From positions 38,738 through 70,737 of the forward strand of contig JAFXPO010000009.1 of the NCBI GenBank assembly GCA_017527825.1: a DNA stretch of 32,000 nt. Reading direction: 5' to 3'. Every line of letters begins with the position of its first letter. Position 1 is the first letter of the stretch. The notes under the pieces were generated by a model. The model was not told the origin of the DNA and did not search any database. It saw only the letters and a program-made list of their open reading frames with translations. This stretch comes from Oscillospiraceae bacterium. GTDB lineage: Bacteria > Bacillota > Clostridia > Oscillospirales > Oscillospiraceae. The translations under genes and the position numbers were made by a program. This document shows positions 1 to 9,471 of the stretch, piece after piece.

Positions 1-531
1 ACACTGCACATCGACGTACCCGGCGGCGGCATCGCCTGCGTGATCCCGATGAGCAGCATCGGCGGCCGCCGGGAGTTGGCATTTTTGACCGACGGACAGA
101 ACTATACCCGCGGGGAGGAGAGCACCATGAAGGGAACCGATCGTGAGCTGATCGTGATTATCAGCAATCAGGGCTATAACGAGCTGGTGATGGACGCGGC
201 GCGGGAGGCGGGCGCCTACGGCGGCACCATCGTCAGCGCGCGCGGCACAGGCATGGAGCGTGCCGAAAAATTCCTCGGCATTTCGCTGGCGTCGGAGAAG
301 GACATGATCTTCATCGTCGCCAAGACCTCCCAGCGCGAGCGCATCATGCAGGCGGTTATGCGCAAGGCGGGCATGGCGACGCCGGCGAAGGCGATCGCGT
401 TCTCGCTGCCGGTGGCGGACACCGCGGGATTGCGCTTGCAGGATGAGGACGACGAGGAGGAAAAACCCGCCGAAGGAAGCGGTGAAACCGGCGGAGGGAT
501 AAAAGCGCCGGCGGAGAGAAATTGTCATTGA
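1..531 (+). CDS. P-II-like (nitrogen regulatory protein P-II fold) protein, 5' partial; apparently two tandem P-II-like domains (alternative internal start ATG 127)
   Basis: Frame 1 is open from nt 1 to TGA 529-531. The C-terminal domain (ELIVIISNQGYNELVMDAAREAG...AIAFSLPVADTAGL) resembles small P-II family proteins. The upstream in-frame peptide GIACVIPMSSIGG mirrors the end of that domain. GGGGAGGAG sits 6 nt before ATG 127, so a separate 134-aa product is also possible. Confidence 0.6.
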   Translation, partial: TLHIDVPGGGIACVIPMSSIGGRRELAFLTDGQNYTRGEESTMKGTDRELIVIISNQGYNELVMDAAREAGAYGGTIVSARGTGMERAEKFLGISLASEKDMIFIVAKTSQRERIMQAVMRKAGMATPAKAIAFSLPVADTAGLRLQDEDDEEEKPAEGSGETGGGIKAPAERNCH

Positions 532-548
532 AAAGATGCTACAGAGTG

Positions 549-577
549 TTGAAAAAGTGGAACAATACAGATATACT
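549..577 (+). promoter_or_regulatory. sigma-70-type promoter for the surface protein gene
   Basis: TTGAAA (549-554), 17-nt spacer, TATACT (572-577), about 60 nt upstream of ATG 639. Confidence 0.5.
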
Positions 578-638
578 ATACAATAAAGAGGGTCTGCTTG
601 AATAGGACCACCTGGACGGGAAAGGGTGAATTTGCGGG

Positions 639-3056
639 ATGAACACACGATGGGTAAGAAGCGCGCTGGCGCTGGTGCTGGCGGTTGGAATGGCGGTTTC
701 GCTGCTGCCGGGAACCGCGTTTGCGGCGGAGCCTGCGCCGTACCGGATCACCGTGGACGGCGTGACGTTCTGGTCTACGGACGACAACGTTCACGATGAG
801 AAATCCACATGGGTCTACTGGCGGGGCAGCGATGGCTATAATGCGCTGAACCTGTTCAACTATCACGGCGGCGCGATCGTTTCGGAGGGCTATCTGTTTA
901 TCCAGCCCATGGAGAACACCGTCAACACCATCACCGGCTCGGAAGGTCAGCCTGCCATTGACCTTGGAAAAATGAGCATGTGGTACCTGAACGGTTCTTC
1001 GACGACCATCACCGGCGGCGCGGGAGCGCCCGCTATCCGCGCGAAAGAGAGCATCCGCATCGACAGCGGAGACTGGACGGCGAACGGCATCGGCAGCTGC
1101 GCCGTTGTCGGCGGCGAAGGTTCCTACGGCGTGGATGCGCCGGACTTTAAAATATCCGTGCCCAACATCACCGTCTCCGGCGACCTGGGGGTCTCCACAG
1201 GCAAGCTGCGCGCGGGAACAGAAATCGCGATGGTGAAGGAAACCGTGGGCAATGTCGTTCGCAGCGCCCGCTTTGTTGAGAAAGGGTCGGGCGTGACGCT
1301 GGACGGCAACGGCGGAACGCTGAACGGTGAGGCAACGGTGAAAACCACGGAAACGGTGTTCTCGCTGAGCGACTACCCCTTTGAACGCGAGGGATACCGT
1401 TTGCTGGGCTGGCGCAGCGATCTGGGCAAGGTATACGGTTACAGCTACAAGACCGGAGAGTACGATGTCTTTAACCGGCTGACGGCAATTTGGCAAAGCA
1501 CCGGTCAGGCGAAGCTCAGTACCCCGGAAAACCTCCGCTGGGGTGTATATGAGATAACCTATATTTTATCGGACGGCAGCTTCGGATGGACGGAACGGTA
1601 TGAAGTGCCCGGCGTCTTCAGCTGGGATATCGGCGAAGGCTTGCTTTCACAGAATAAATACAGAGTAAAGGTGTGGCGCGCCGGAAATGAAGATAAGCCG
1701 ATCTATGATGGAACCTATTCCGGCGGCAGCAGCTTATACTATATCGGCAACTCGTTTGATTTTGCGGGACGGATTGAGGAAAGCGGAGACTACTATTTTT
1801 CCATCCACGAGATGGGCGACGGGGTTGTGTACACCGACGGAGACACCGTGACCTCCCCCGTCTGGCACTATGAAGCGCCGGAGGAACGCCTTTCGCCGAT
1901 CACCGGTTTGACCGCCCACATGGAGGACGAGGGACTGGTCCTGACGTGGAACGCCTGCGAGGACCCGCTTTTTTACCGGTATGAGGTTAAAGTCGATCAT
2001 TACCACGGCAATTCTCACCGCTCCAGCAGTTCACTCTCGATGAGATTTAAACCGGATCGGTCGACCGAGACAATCGATATGCAGCGGATTCTTTCGGATG
2101 GATCGGGAGACTATCGGATTTCCGTTCGCGCCATCAGCTGCGATATCACCCAAAAGCTGAGCAGCCAATGGGTCACGCTGGACGAGCCTTATCATGTCAG
2201 CACCGAGCATGCACAGCTGAGCAACATTGTGAGCAGCTTGCCGGAGGAACCCACTCAAAAGCAGGTGGAAGAGGCGGTTGAGCAGGTGAAGGCGCTCAAC
2301 AGCGGCGAGCTGGCGCGTGCGCTTGCGGCAGATCAGGACGGCGCGGCGTCCGTTGCCAAGCTGGCAAAGCTGGAAGAGCTGGCGGGGCGGAAAACCAAAG
2401 TGGACGTCGGCGAGGGTCTGGAGCTGGGCGATAGCGCGCAGATCACCGTCGTGGGCGGCGCGCTGAACGCGGCGGGCGACAGCGCGGTGACACTGAGCCT
2501 CGGCGCCGCGGCGGATAAGGACAAGCAGGGCATCATCCGATCCAGCGTCATCAACACGCAGGTGCACAACACCGTGGCGTTCGAGATGAAGCTGAAAGAG
2601 GGCGACAACGAGATCACTCCCACCGAGGGCAAAACCGAACTGGATGTTCCGGTGTCGATCACGATGCCGGTGCCGGAGAACATCAATCCGCAGTTTCTGG
2701 TCGTGCTGCACCAGCACAGCGACGGCAGCGTCACAGAGGAGCCGATCAGCGTTTATGAGAGCGACGGCAAGTGGTACGTTCGCATGGTGGTGACCAGCTT
2801 CAGCGTGTTCCTCATGGCAGACAAGACCAAGGTGGAACAGGACGAATCCACCGGTACGCTGACCGTATCGGTACCGTCCGGGGAGCCTTCGTTCTGCGCG
2901 GTGTATGACGCCGAGGGGCGGCAACTTGCGACCGCCACGCCCGTTAACGGCAGCTTCGCCATTTCGGGCAAGCTGGAGGACGCGAAGCAGGTAAAACTGT
3001 TTTATCTGAAGGACGGCAAGCCGACACGCGCCGCGGAGACGATCGCGCTGCAATGA
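639..3056 (+). CDS. secreted cell-surface protein with a Listeria-Bacteroides-type repeat and FN3-like modules
   Basis: N-terminal signal peptide MNTRWVRSALALVLAVGMAVSLLPGTAFA/AEP. The segment GVTLDGNGGTLNGE...YPFEREGYRLLGWRSDLGKVY matches the Listeria-Bacteroides repeat pattern. No LPXTG motif seen. Followed by a strong terminator. Confidence 0.8.
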   Translation: MNTRWVRSALALVLAVGMAVSLLPGTAFAAEPAPYRITVDGVTFWSTDDNVHDEKSTWVYWRGSDGYNALNLFNYHGGAIVSEGYLFIQPMENTVNTITGSEGQPAIDLGKMSMWYLNGSSTTITGGAGAPAIRAKESIRIDSGDWTANGIGSCAVVGGEGSYGVDAPDFKISVPNITVSGDLGVSTGKLRAGTEIAMVKETVGNVVRSARFVEKGSGVTLDGNGGTLNGEATVKTTETVFSLSDYPFEREGYRLLGWRSDLGKVYGYSYKTGEYDVFNRLTAIWQSTGQAKLSTPENLRWGVYEITYILSDGSFGWTERYEVPGVFSWDIGEGLLSQNKYRVKVWRAGNEDKPIYDGTYSGGSSLYYIGNSFDFAGRIEESGDYYFSIHEMGDGVVYTDGDTVTSPVWHYEAPEERLSPITGLTAHMEDEGLVLTWNACEDPLFYRYEVKVDHYHGNSHRSSSSLSMRFKPDRSTETIDMQRILSDGSGDYRISVRAISCDITQKLSSQWVTLDEPYHVSTEHAQLSNIVSSLPEEPTQKQVEEAVEQVKALNSGELARALAADQDGAASVAKLAKLEELAGRKTKVDVGEGLELGDSAQITVVGGALNAAGDSAVTLSLGAAADKDKQGIIRSSVINTQVHNTVAFEMKLKEGDNEITPTEGKTELDVPVSITMPVPENINPQFLVVLHQHSDGSVTEEPISVYESDGKWYVRMVVTSFSVFLMADKTKVEQDESTGTLTVSVPSGEPSFCAVYDAEGRQLATATPVNGSFAISGKLEDAKQVKLFYLKDGKPTRAAETIALQ

Positions 3057-3094
3057 TAAAAGAGGTGCTTCTTTACAGAAGCACCTCTTTTTTA
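3057..3094. terminator. bidirectional rho-independent terminator
   Basis: AAAAGAGGTGCTTCT-ttac-AGAAGCACCTCTTTTTT: perfect stem flanked by an A-run and a T-run, between convergent genes. Confidence 0.8.
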
Positions 3095-3120
3095 TGGCTT
3101 GCCGCGTGCGGGGAGATGGT

Positions 3121-4293
<1,173 letters not shown>

Positions 4294-4313
4294 AGCGGTA
4301 AGATTCCTTTCCG

Positions 4314-5423
4314 TTATCCCTCGAAGGGGAACTTGTAGTCGAGGGCGAAGCGGTCGCGCAGCTCGAGCAGCTCCTTCTGGATGCTCTCGCCCACGGGGAC
4401 GCCCTTGTCCTTACGATCCTGCCACGCGAGCCATTCCTTCTCGCCCGCGGTGTAGATGCGCTCCGCGCCGGGCGCCTTCTCGCTCGCGCGCAGACCGCGG
4501 AGGATGTCGCCGCTGGTCTTTTCAAAGGTGTCAAGCCCCATGAAGAACGCGGGGTTGATGACGAAGAAGAAATGACCGAGGCGGTACATCTTGTTCGAGC
4601 CGTCGGGGTTCTTGCCGCTCAATTCCTTCATGAACGGGCCGCCGGTCAGCGCCGCGGAAAGGATTTCCACGATGGTGGTGAAGCCGTAGCCCTTATAGCC
4701 GCCGGTCTCCTCGCCAAGCCCGCCGATGGACAGCAGCGCGCAGTTGCCCTTGCGCATCTCGCGGAGGATTTCGCCGGAGTCAGTCATGGTGCCGCCGTCT
4801 CTGGTGACGACCAGACCCGCCGGAGTCTCCTTGCCGCTGCGCTCGTAGAACTCGATCTTGCCGTTTTGCACAATGGAGGTGGCGCAGTCAAAGTTGAACG
4901 GAAATTCCTCGTCGGTCGGCATGGTGAAGGTCAGGGGATTGGTGCCCATCATCGGCTCCACGCCGAAGGTGGGGGCGACGGAGGGACGGGCGTTGGTGCC
5001 GGAAATGCCGATCATGCCCGCCTTTTCCGCCATGGTGGTCCAGTAGCCCGCGATGCCGTAGTGGGTGGAATTGCAGATCGCGCCGCCCGCCATGCCGTAC
5101 TTGGACGCCTTCTCGATCAGCATTTCCATCATTTTGTGGCTCGCCACCATGCCCATGCCGTTGTTGGCGTCCATGACGACCGTGGTGGGCGTGTCCTTGA
5201 GAATGTCGATCTTCGTCACCGGCAGCAGCGTGCCGTTCTCGATGCGGTCGAGATAGATGGGCTTGAAGCGGTTGCAGCCGTGGCTCTCAATGCCGCGGCG
5301 GTCGCTCTCCAGCAGCACGTCCGCGCAGATGGCGGCGTCAGCGGCGGGTACGCCGTATTGCTGGAACACGTCGATCATGAACGCGTTCATCATTTCCCAG
5401 GGAACAAAGGGTCTGGTTTCCAT
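4314..5423 (-). CDS. Ldh_2 family (malate/L-lactate/sulfolactate-type) oxidoreductase
   Basis: LLESDRRGIESHGCNRFKPIYLDRI and the overall layout are typical of the Ldh_2 family. AGGAGG RBS lies 6 nt before the ATG. Sits 20 nt upstream of the malic enzyme gene on the same strand. Confidence 0.85.
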   Translation of the reverse strand: METRPFVPWEMMNAFMIDVFQQYGVPAADAAICADVLLESDRRGIESHGCNRFKPIYLDRIENGTLLPVTKIDILKDTPTTVVMDANNGMGMVASHKMMEMLIEKASKYGMAGGAICNSTHYGIAGYWTTMAEKAGMIGISGTNARPSVAPTFGVEPMMGTNPLTFTMPTDEEFPFNFDCATSIVQNGKIEFYERSGKETPAGLVVTRDGGTMTDSGEILREMRKGNCALLSIGGLGEETGGYKGYGFTTIVEILSAALTGGPFMKELSGKNPDGSNKMYRLGHFFFVINPAFFMGLDTFEKTSGDILRGLRASEKAPGAERIYTAGEKEWLAWQDRKDKGVPVGESIQKELLELRDRFALDYKFPFEG

Positions 5424-5487
5424 AACAGCCTCCTAAAAGATCATGAAGTGGGAAGCAGCCCCATCGCCTGCGGCGACAGGGCGGCAG

Positions 5488-6546
5488 TTATTTTTCGGGT
5501 TTATCGCTGTTGAGCCACGCGACAAAGTCGTCCAGCGGCAGCTCGCCGGCGCTGCAAGCGTCGCGCTTGGCGCGCGCCTCCATCGACCACGCGGTGAACT
5601 CCTCGCGGCTCATCAGCCCGTAGCGGATGCGGGCGTTGTGCGTTTTGTACGAGCGCTTGTACTCGCGGATGGCGGGGTCCTCCATCTTGCGCGCCTCATA
5701 GAGCCGCAGTGAGCCCATCTCCCGACAGGTTTTGGTGGAGTTCTCAATCAGGCGGTCGCAGTATTCCAGCTTCGTGTGACCGTGGGTGGCGAACAGCCGC
5801 CCGCAGTACTTGCACTTGCGCAGGTGCAGGTTCTCCTGCAAATAGCGGTAGAGCAGGAACTCAGAAAACGCCGCGGGGTCCTCCGTCTCCAGCACCTCGG
5901 TGATGATGGTGCGCTCGTCGCGGCGTTCGTCCTCCTCCAAAAACTGATCGTAGGGGTACAGTCCGCTGATGCCCTGGGTCATGGGCAGATACTTCACCGA
6001 CTCAAAGGCGAACGAGGGATAGGAGGTGTCGCCAAAGCGGTGCTGAAGGGAGAAGTAGCGGTTCGCCACGTCCTCGCTCTCTGACGCGGAAAAGACCTGG
6101 TCGACGAGGCTGCGGAAATAGACTTGCAGATCCCTGTAATAGTCCATCTGCGCGTTGCACGCGTCCAGCGAGAGCGGGTCGCCCGCGCCCTGCGTGATCT
6201 GCAAGCGCTGCAAGGTGGCGGCGAAGGGCGCGAAGAACGCGCTCTGGTTGAGCCAGTACAGCGTGCAGTAGAAGATGGCGTTGAGACTCTTTCTGAGGTA
6301 GCGCCCCTCGTTGATCGACTGAACCGCCTCCGCGACCTTCGGGCGGAGCTGCTCCCAGACGGAGAGATCGGCGGCGAGGAAATCGCCCAGCGCCGTGCCG
6401 GAGGAATACTCCTTGTGATAGAGCGTCACCGGCTCGTCCTTTTCCAGCGCCATGGTGCGGATTTCAAAGCATTCGTGTTCCGCGTCGGTGTAGATCACGC
6501 ACCAGATTTTTGCGCGGGGCGTGGGCTGCGCCTGATTCGGCTGCAT
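5488..6546 (-). CDS. Zn-ribbon protein of the family I recall as DUF6076 (orphan copy in core region)
   Basis: C-terminal CKYCGRLF...EYCDRLIENSTKTCREMG (CxxC...C...C) followed by a helical tail. Same architecture as the ORF at 19753-20887. Has its own consensus promoter and an AAGGGGG RBS. Confidence 0.6.
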   Translation of the reverse strand: MQPNQAQPTPRAKIWCVIYTDAEHECFEIRTMALEKDEPVTLYHKEYSSGTALGDFLAADLSVWEQLRPKVAEAVQSINEGRYLRKSLNAIFYCTLYWLNQSAFFAPFAATLQRLQITQGAGDPLSLDACNAQMDYYRDLQVYFRSLVDQVFSASESEDVANRYFSLQHRFGDTSYPSFAFESVKYLPMTQGISGLYPYDQFLEEDERRDERTIITEVLETEDPAAFSEFLLYRYLQENLHLRKCKYCGRLFATHGHTKLEYCDRLIENSTKTCREMGSLRLYEARKMEDPAIREYKRSYKTHNARIRYGLMSREEFTAWSMEARAKRDACSAGELPLDDFVAWLNSDKPEK

Positions 6547-6587
6547 GACAAAAACCCCCTTCGTTCCGCAATTTTCACATCCCCCTT

Positions 6588-6616
6588 ATTATACCAAAAG
6601 GATGACGTAGAGTCAA
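6588..6616 (-). promoter_or_regulatory. near-consensus sigma-70 promoter for the DUF6076-like gene
   Basis: Minus strand reads TTGACT (6616-6611), 17-nt spacer, TATAAT (6593-6588). The -35 lies in the loop of the upstream terminator hairpin. Confidence 0.6.
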
Positions 6617-6636
6617 GCAAATCCACGTCATCCTTT
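6592..6636 (-). terminator. rho-independent terminator of the alpha-glucosidase gene
   Basis: Minus strand: AAAGGATGACGT-16 nt loop-ACGTCATCCTTTTGG. 12-bp stem followed by a T-run, 25 nt after the stop codon. Confidence 0.65.
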
Positions 6637-6660
6637 AGTCTATTTCTTTGCCTCAGTCTA

Positions 6661-8331
6661 TCAGCGGTTTTGTGCAAAATGATAGACTCGGCATTCGTAG
6701 GGTTTTGTGATAAATCCATTGCCCGACCGCTCCGCGCCGTAGTTGCACAGCACCAACTCGGCGCGGGAGAGGTCAAAGCCATCGGGGGCGCGGAAGCGCA
6801 CGGGGCGCTCCACGAAGGAGCAGACCACCAGCACCCGCTCGTTGCCGAGGCGGCGGGAGTAGACGTAGAGGCTGCCGGAGAGCGGCGCGTGGTCGGTGAA
6901 GCTGCCGTGGCGGATCACGCGAAGCTCCTTGCGGAGCCTGATGGCGCGGCGGTAGAAGTTGAGCAGCGAATCGGGGTCGTCCTCCTGCGCGGCGGCGTTG
7001 ATCGTGCGGTAGTTGTCGTTGACGCTGAACCAGGGCGTGCCGGTGGTGAAGCCGGCGTGCTCCTCCGCGCTCCACTGCATCGGCGTGCGGGCGTTGTCGC
7101 GGGAGGAGCGGTGGCACCACTTGAGCCGCACCCTGTCCGGGAGAATGTGCGAGAGCATGTGGGCGTAGTGCCAGCGGGTCTGTACGTCCTCGTAGAGGTC
7201 GGGGTCGTCGGGCCGCCAGTTGACCATGCCAAGCTCCTGCCCCTGATAGATGAAGGGCGTGCCCTTCAGGAACAGGTATGCGCAGGCGAGCATCTTGCCG
7301 CTCTCCACCCGATACTTCTCGCTGCCGTAGCGGGAGATGACGCGGGGATGGTCGTGGTTTTCGAGGTAGAGCATGTTCCAGCCCCTGCCGTCGAGCTTCT
7401 TCTGCCAGCGGTCGAAGGCGCGCTTGAGCCGCCGCGCGGAGAAGGGCAGGGGGACGTAGTCGGTCATGAAGCAGTCCGCCTCCATGCTCTGAAACTGGAT
7501 CATGGCGTCCAACTGTCCGCGCCGCTCGTCCACATAGTCCAGCGCGCGCCGGGGCGACACCAGCGGCGCCTCGCCGAGGGTGAAGGTGTCGTACCCGCTC
7601 AGCGCGTCGCGGCGGAACTCCGCGAGGTAGTCGTGGACGCGGGGACCGTGGTTGTAGTGGAAGATGCCGCGGACGGTCGGCATCCAGTAGTCGTTGGGCA
7701 GACCGTCCTTTTTGGAGATGAACGTGATCACGTCCTCGCGGAAGCCGTCCACGCCCTGCGCCAGCCAGAAGCGAAGGATCTTCTTGACCTCCTCACGTAC
7801 CAGCGGGTTATCCATGTTGAGGTCGGGCTGTTTGACGGCGAAGATGTGGAGGTAGTACTCCTGCCGCAGCTCGTCCCATTGCCACGCCTTGCCCTCGAAC
7901 TGGCTGTCCCAGTTGTTCGGCAGCTTGCCGCCGGGCAGCGCGGGGCGCCAGATGTAGTAGTCGGTGTACGGTTCGATGCGCCGCCGGGACTTCTGGAACC
8001 ACTCGTGCTCGTCACTGGTATGGTTGACCACCAGGTCCATGATGACCTTCATGCCGCGTTCGTGCGCGCCGTCGAGCACCTTGCGAAACGCCTCCATGCC
8101 GCCGTAGAGCGGATCGATGTCCATATAGTCGGAGATATCGTACCCGCAGTCCACGCCGGGGGAGGGATAGAGCGGCGAGAACCAGATGCCGTCGCAGCCC
8201 AGCGACTGGATGTAATCCAGCTTTTCATAGACGCCGTAGAGGTCGCCTACGCCGTCGCCGTCCCCGTCCTTGAAGCTGCGGGGCCAGATTTGATAAAATA
8301 CCCGATCTTTGTACCAGCGTGTCTGTTCCAT
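6661..8331 (-). CDS. GH13 alpha-glucosidase / oligo-1,6-glucosidase
   Basis: MEQTRWYKDRVFYQIWPRSFKDGDGDGVGDL...DGIWFSPLYPSPGVDCGYDISDY...MDLVVNHTSDEHEWF. The ATG at 8331 is preceded by GAGGTGG; the track's GTG at 8343 is less likely. Confidence 0.93.
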   Translation of the reverse strand: MEQTRWYKDRVFYQIWPRSFKDGDGDGVGDLYGVYEKLDYIQSLGCDGIWFSPLYPSPGVDCGYDISDYMDIDPLYGGMEAFRKVLDGAHERGMKVIMDLVVNHTSDEHEWFQKSRRRIEPYTDYYIWRPALPGGKLPNNWDSQFEGKAWQWDELRQEYYLHIFAVKQPDLNMDNPLVREEVKKILRFWLAQGVDGFREDVITFISKKDGLPNDYWMPTVRGIFHYNHGPRVHDYLAEFRRDALSGYDTFTLGEAPLVSPRRALDYVDERRGQLDAMIQFQSMEADCFMTDYVPLPFSARRLKRAFDRWQKKLDGRGWNMLYLENHDHPRVISRYGSEKYRVESGKMLACAYLFLKGTPFIYQGQELGMVNWRPDDPDLYEDVQTRWHYAHMLSHILPDRVRLKWCHRSSRDNARTPMQWSAEEHAGFTTGTPWFSVNDNYRTINAAAQEDDPDSLLNFYRRAIRLRKELRVIRHGSFTDHAPLSGSLYVYSRRLGNERVLVVCSFVERPVRFRAPDGFDLSRAELVLCNYGAERSGNGFITKPYECRVYHFAQNR

Positions 8332-8350
8332 GATGTGTCCCACCTCAAAG

Positions 8351-8376
8351 CATCGCGCCGCGTGCGCGGCGCGATG
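8351..8376 (-). terminator. GC-rich hairpin downstream of arcC (possible terminator)
   Basis: CATCGCGCCGCG-tg-CGCGGCGCGATG perfect palindrome. Only a weak CTTT tail on the minus strand. Confidence 0.45.
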
Positions 8377-8394
8377 GAAGCTTTCTGTTGAATG

Positions 8395-9333
8395 TTATGC
8401 CTGAATCCGTGTGCCGGTCTTGCCCTCGATGCCGTCCTTCGCCTTCTCCAGCAGCGTGATGAGCGCCGTGCGGCCGGGCTTGGACTCGGCGAACTTGACC
8501 GCCGCCTCCACCTTCGGCAGCATGGAGCCGGGGGCGAACTGCCCCTCGGCGATGTATTGCCGCGCCTGCTCCGGCGTCAGGGTGTCGAGACCCTTCTGGT
8601 CGGGCTTGCCGAAGTTGACGGCGACCTTCTCCACCGCGGTGAGAATGATGAGCATGTCCGCGTCCAGCTGCTCGGCGAGGCACTCCGAGGCGAAGTCCTT
8701 GTCGATGACCGCGGGCACGCCCTTCAAGTGATACTTGTCCTCCCAGATCACGGGAATGCCGCCGCCGCCCGCGGCGATGACCGCGTGCTTCTGATCCAGC
8801 AGCGCCTTGACCGTGTGAATCTCGATGATCTCCGTGGGCTTCGGGCTTGCCACCACCTGACGCCAGCCGCGCCCCGCGTCCTCCGCCACGTCGATGCCCT
8901 TCTCGTCGCGGAGCTTCTTTGCCTCCGCCTCGGTCATAAACGCGCCGATGGGCTTGGTGGGGTGCCGGAACGCCGGATCGTTCGGGTCGACGGCGACCTG
9001 CGTGAGCACGGTGGCGATGTGCAGCCCCGTCCCGCGGCGATCCAGCTCCTCGCCGATGAGATTCTGGAGGTCGTAACCGATATAGCCCTGCGACATGGCG
9101 ACGCACATCGAAAGCGGCATGATGTCGCGGCTCTCGTCCTCGCGGCGATAGGCGGCGAAGGCGTTCTGGATCATGCCCACCTGCGGCCCGTTGCCATGGG
9201 CGATGACCAGCTCGTAGCCCTCCTCGATGAGGTCGGCGATCGCCTTGGCGGTGGTGTTCACCGCGACCATCTGCTCGTGTAAATTCTTGCCCAGCGCGTT
9301 GCCGCCGAGGGCGATGACAATTCGTTTCGCCAT
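8395..9333 (-). CDS. arcC: carbamate kinase
   Basis: MAKRIVIALGGNALG...VIAHGNGPQVG is the carbamate kinase signature. The ATG at 9333 is preceded by GGAAAGGAAG; the track's TTG at 9357 is rejected. Confidence 0.92.
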   Translation of the reverse strand: MAKRIVIALGGNALGKNLHEQMVAVNTTAKAIADLIEEGYELVIAHGNGPQVGMIQNAFAAYRREDESRDIMPLSMCVAMSQGYIGYDLQNLIGEELDRRGTGLHIATVLTQVAVDPNDPAFRHPTKPIGAFMTEAEAKKLRDEKGIDVAEDAGRGWRQVVASPKPTEIIEIHTVKALLDQKHAVIAAGGGGIPVIWEDKYHLKGVPAVIDKDFASECLAEQLDADMLIILTAVEKVAVNFGKPDQKGLDTLTPEQARQYIAEGQFAPGSMLPKVEAAVKFAESKPGRTALITLLEKAKDGIEGKTGTRIQA

Positions 9334-9471
9334 AGTGAAGCTTCCTTTCCGTGCCAAAAAAAAATTTTAGCTTACATAATTTATAATAAGCGGTTGCGCG
9401 GCTTTTTGCAATATGCTAAACTATCAAAGATACAGTCCAATTCTTGGTGAAAAGAGCAGAGGTACATCACA

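Noticed and set aside
6124-8391. 755-aa plus-strand ORF
   Set aside because: It is antisense to the clearly recognisable GH13 glucosidase. The translation is Arg/Ala/Gly/Val-rich low-complexity sequence typical of shadow ORFs in high-GC DNA, with no RBS or family features.
8345-9282. ORFs 8345-9106 (-) and 8392-9282 (+)
   Set aside because: Off-frame and antisense shadows of carbamate kinase.
9358-9471. Possible T-box or ARG-box regulation upstream of argS and arcC
   Set aside because: The spacer is only about 114 nt, too short for a T-box leader, with no specifier or antiterminator architecture and no convincing ARG-box palindrome. Only a plausible minus-strand TTGCAA-17 nt-TATTAT promoter for arcC was seen.
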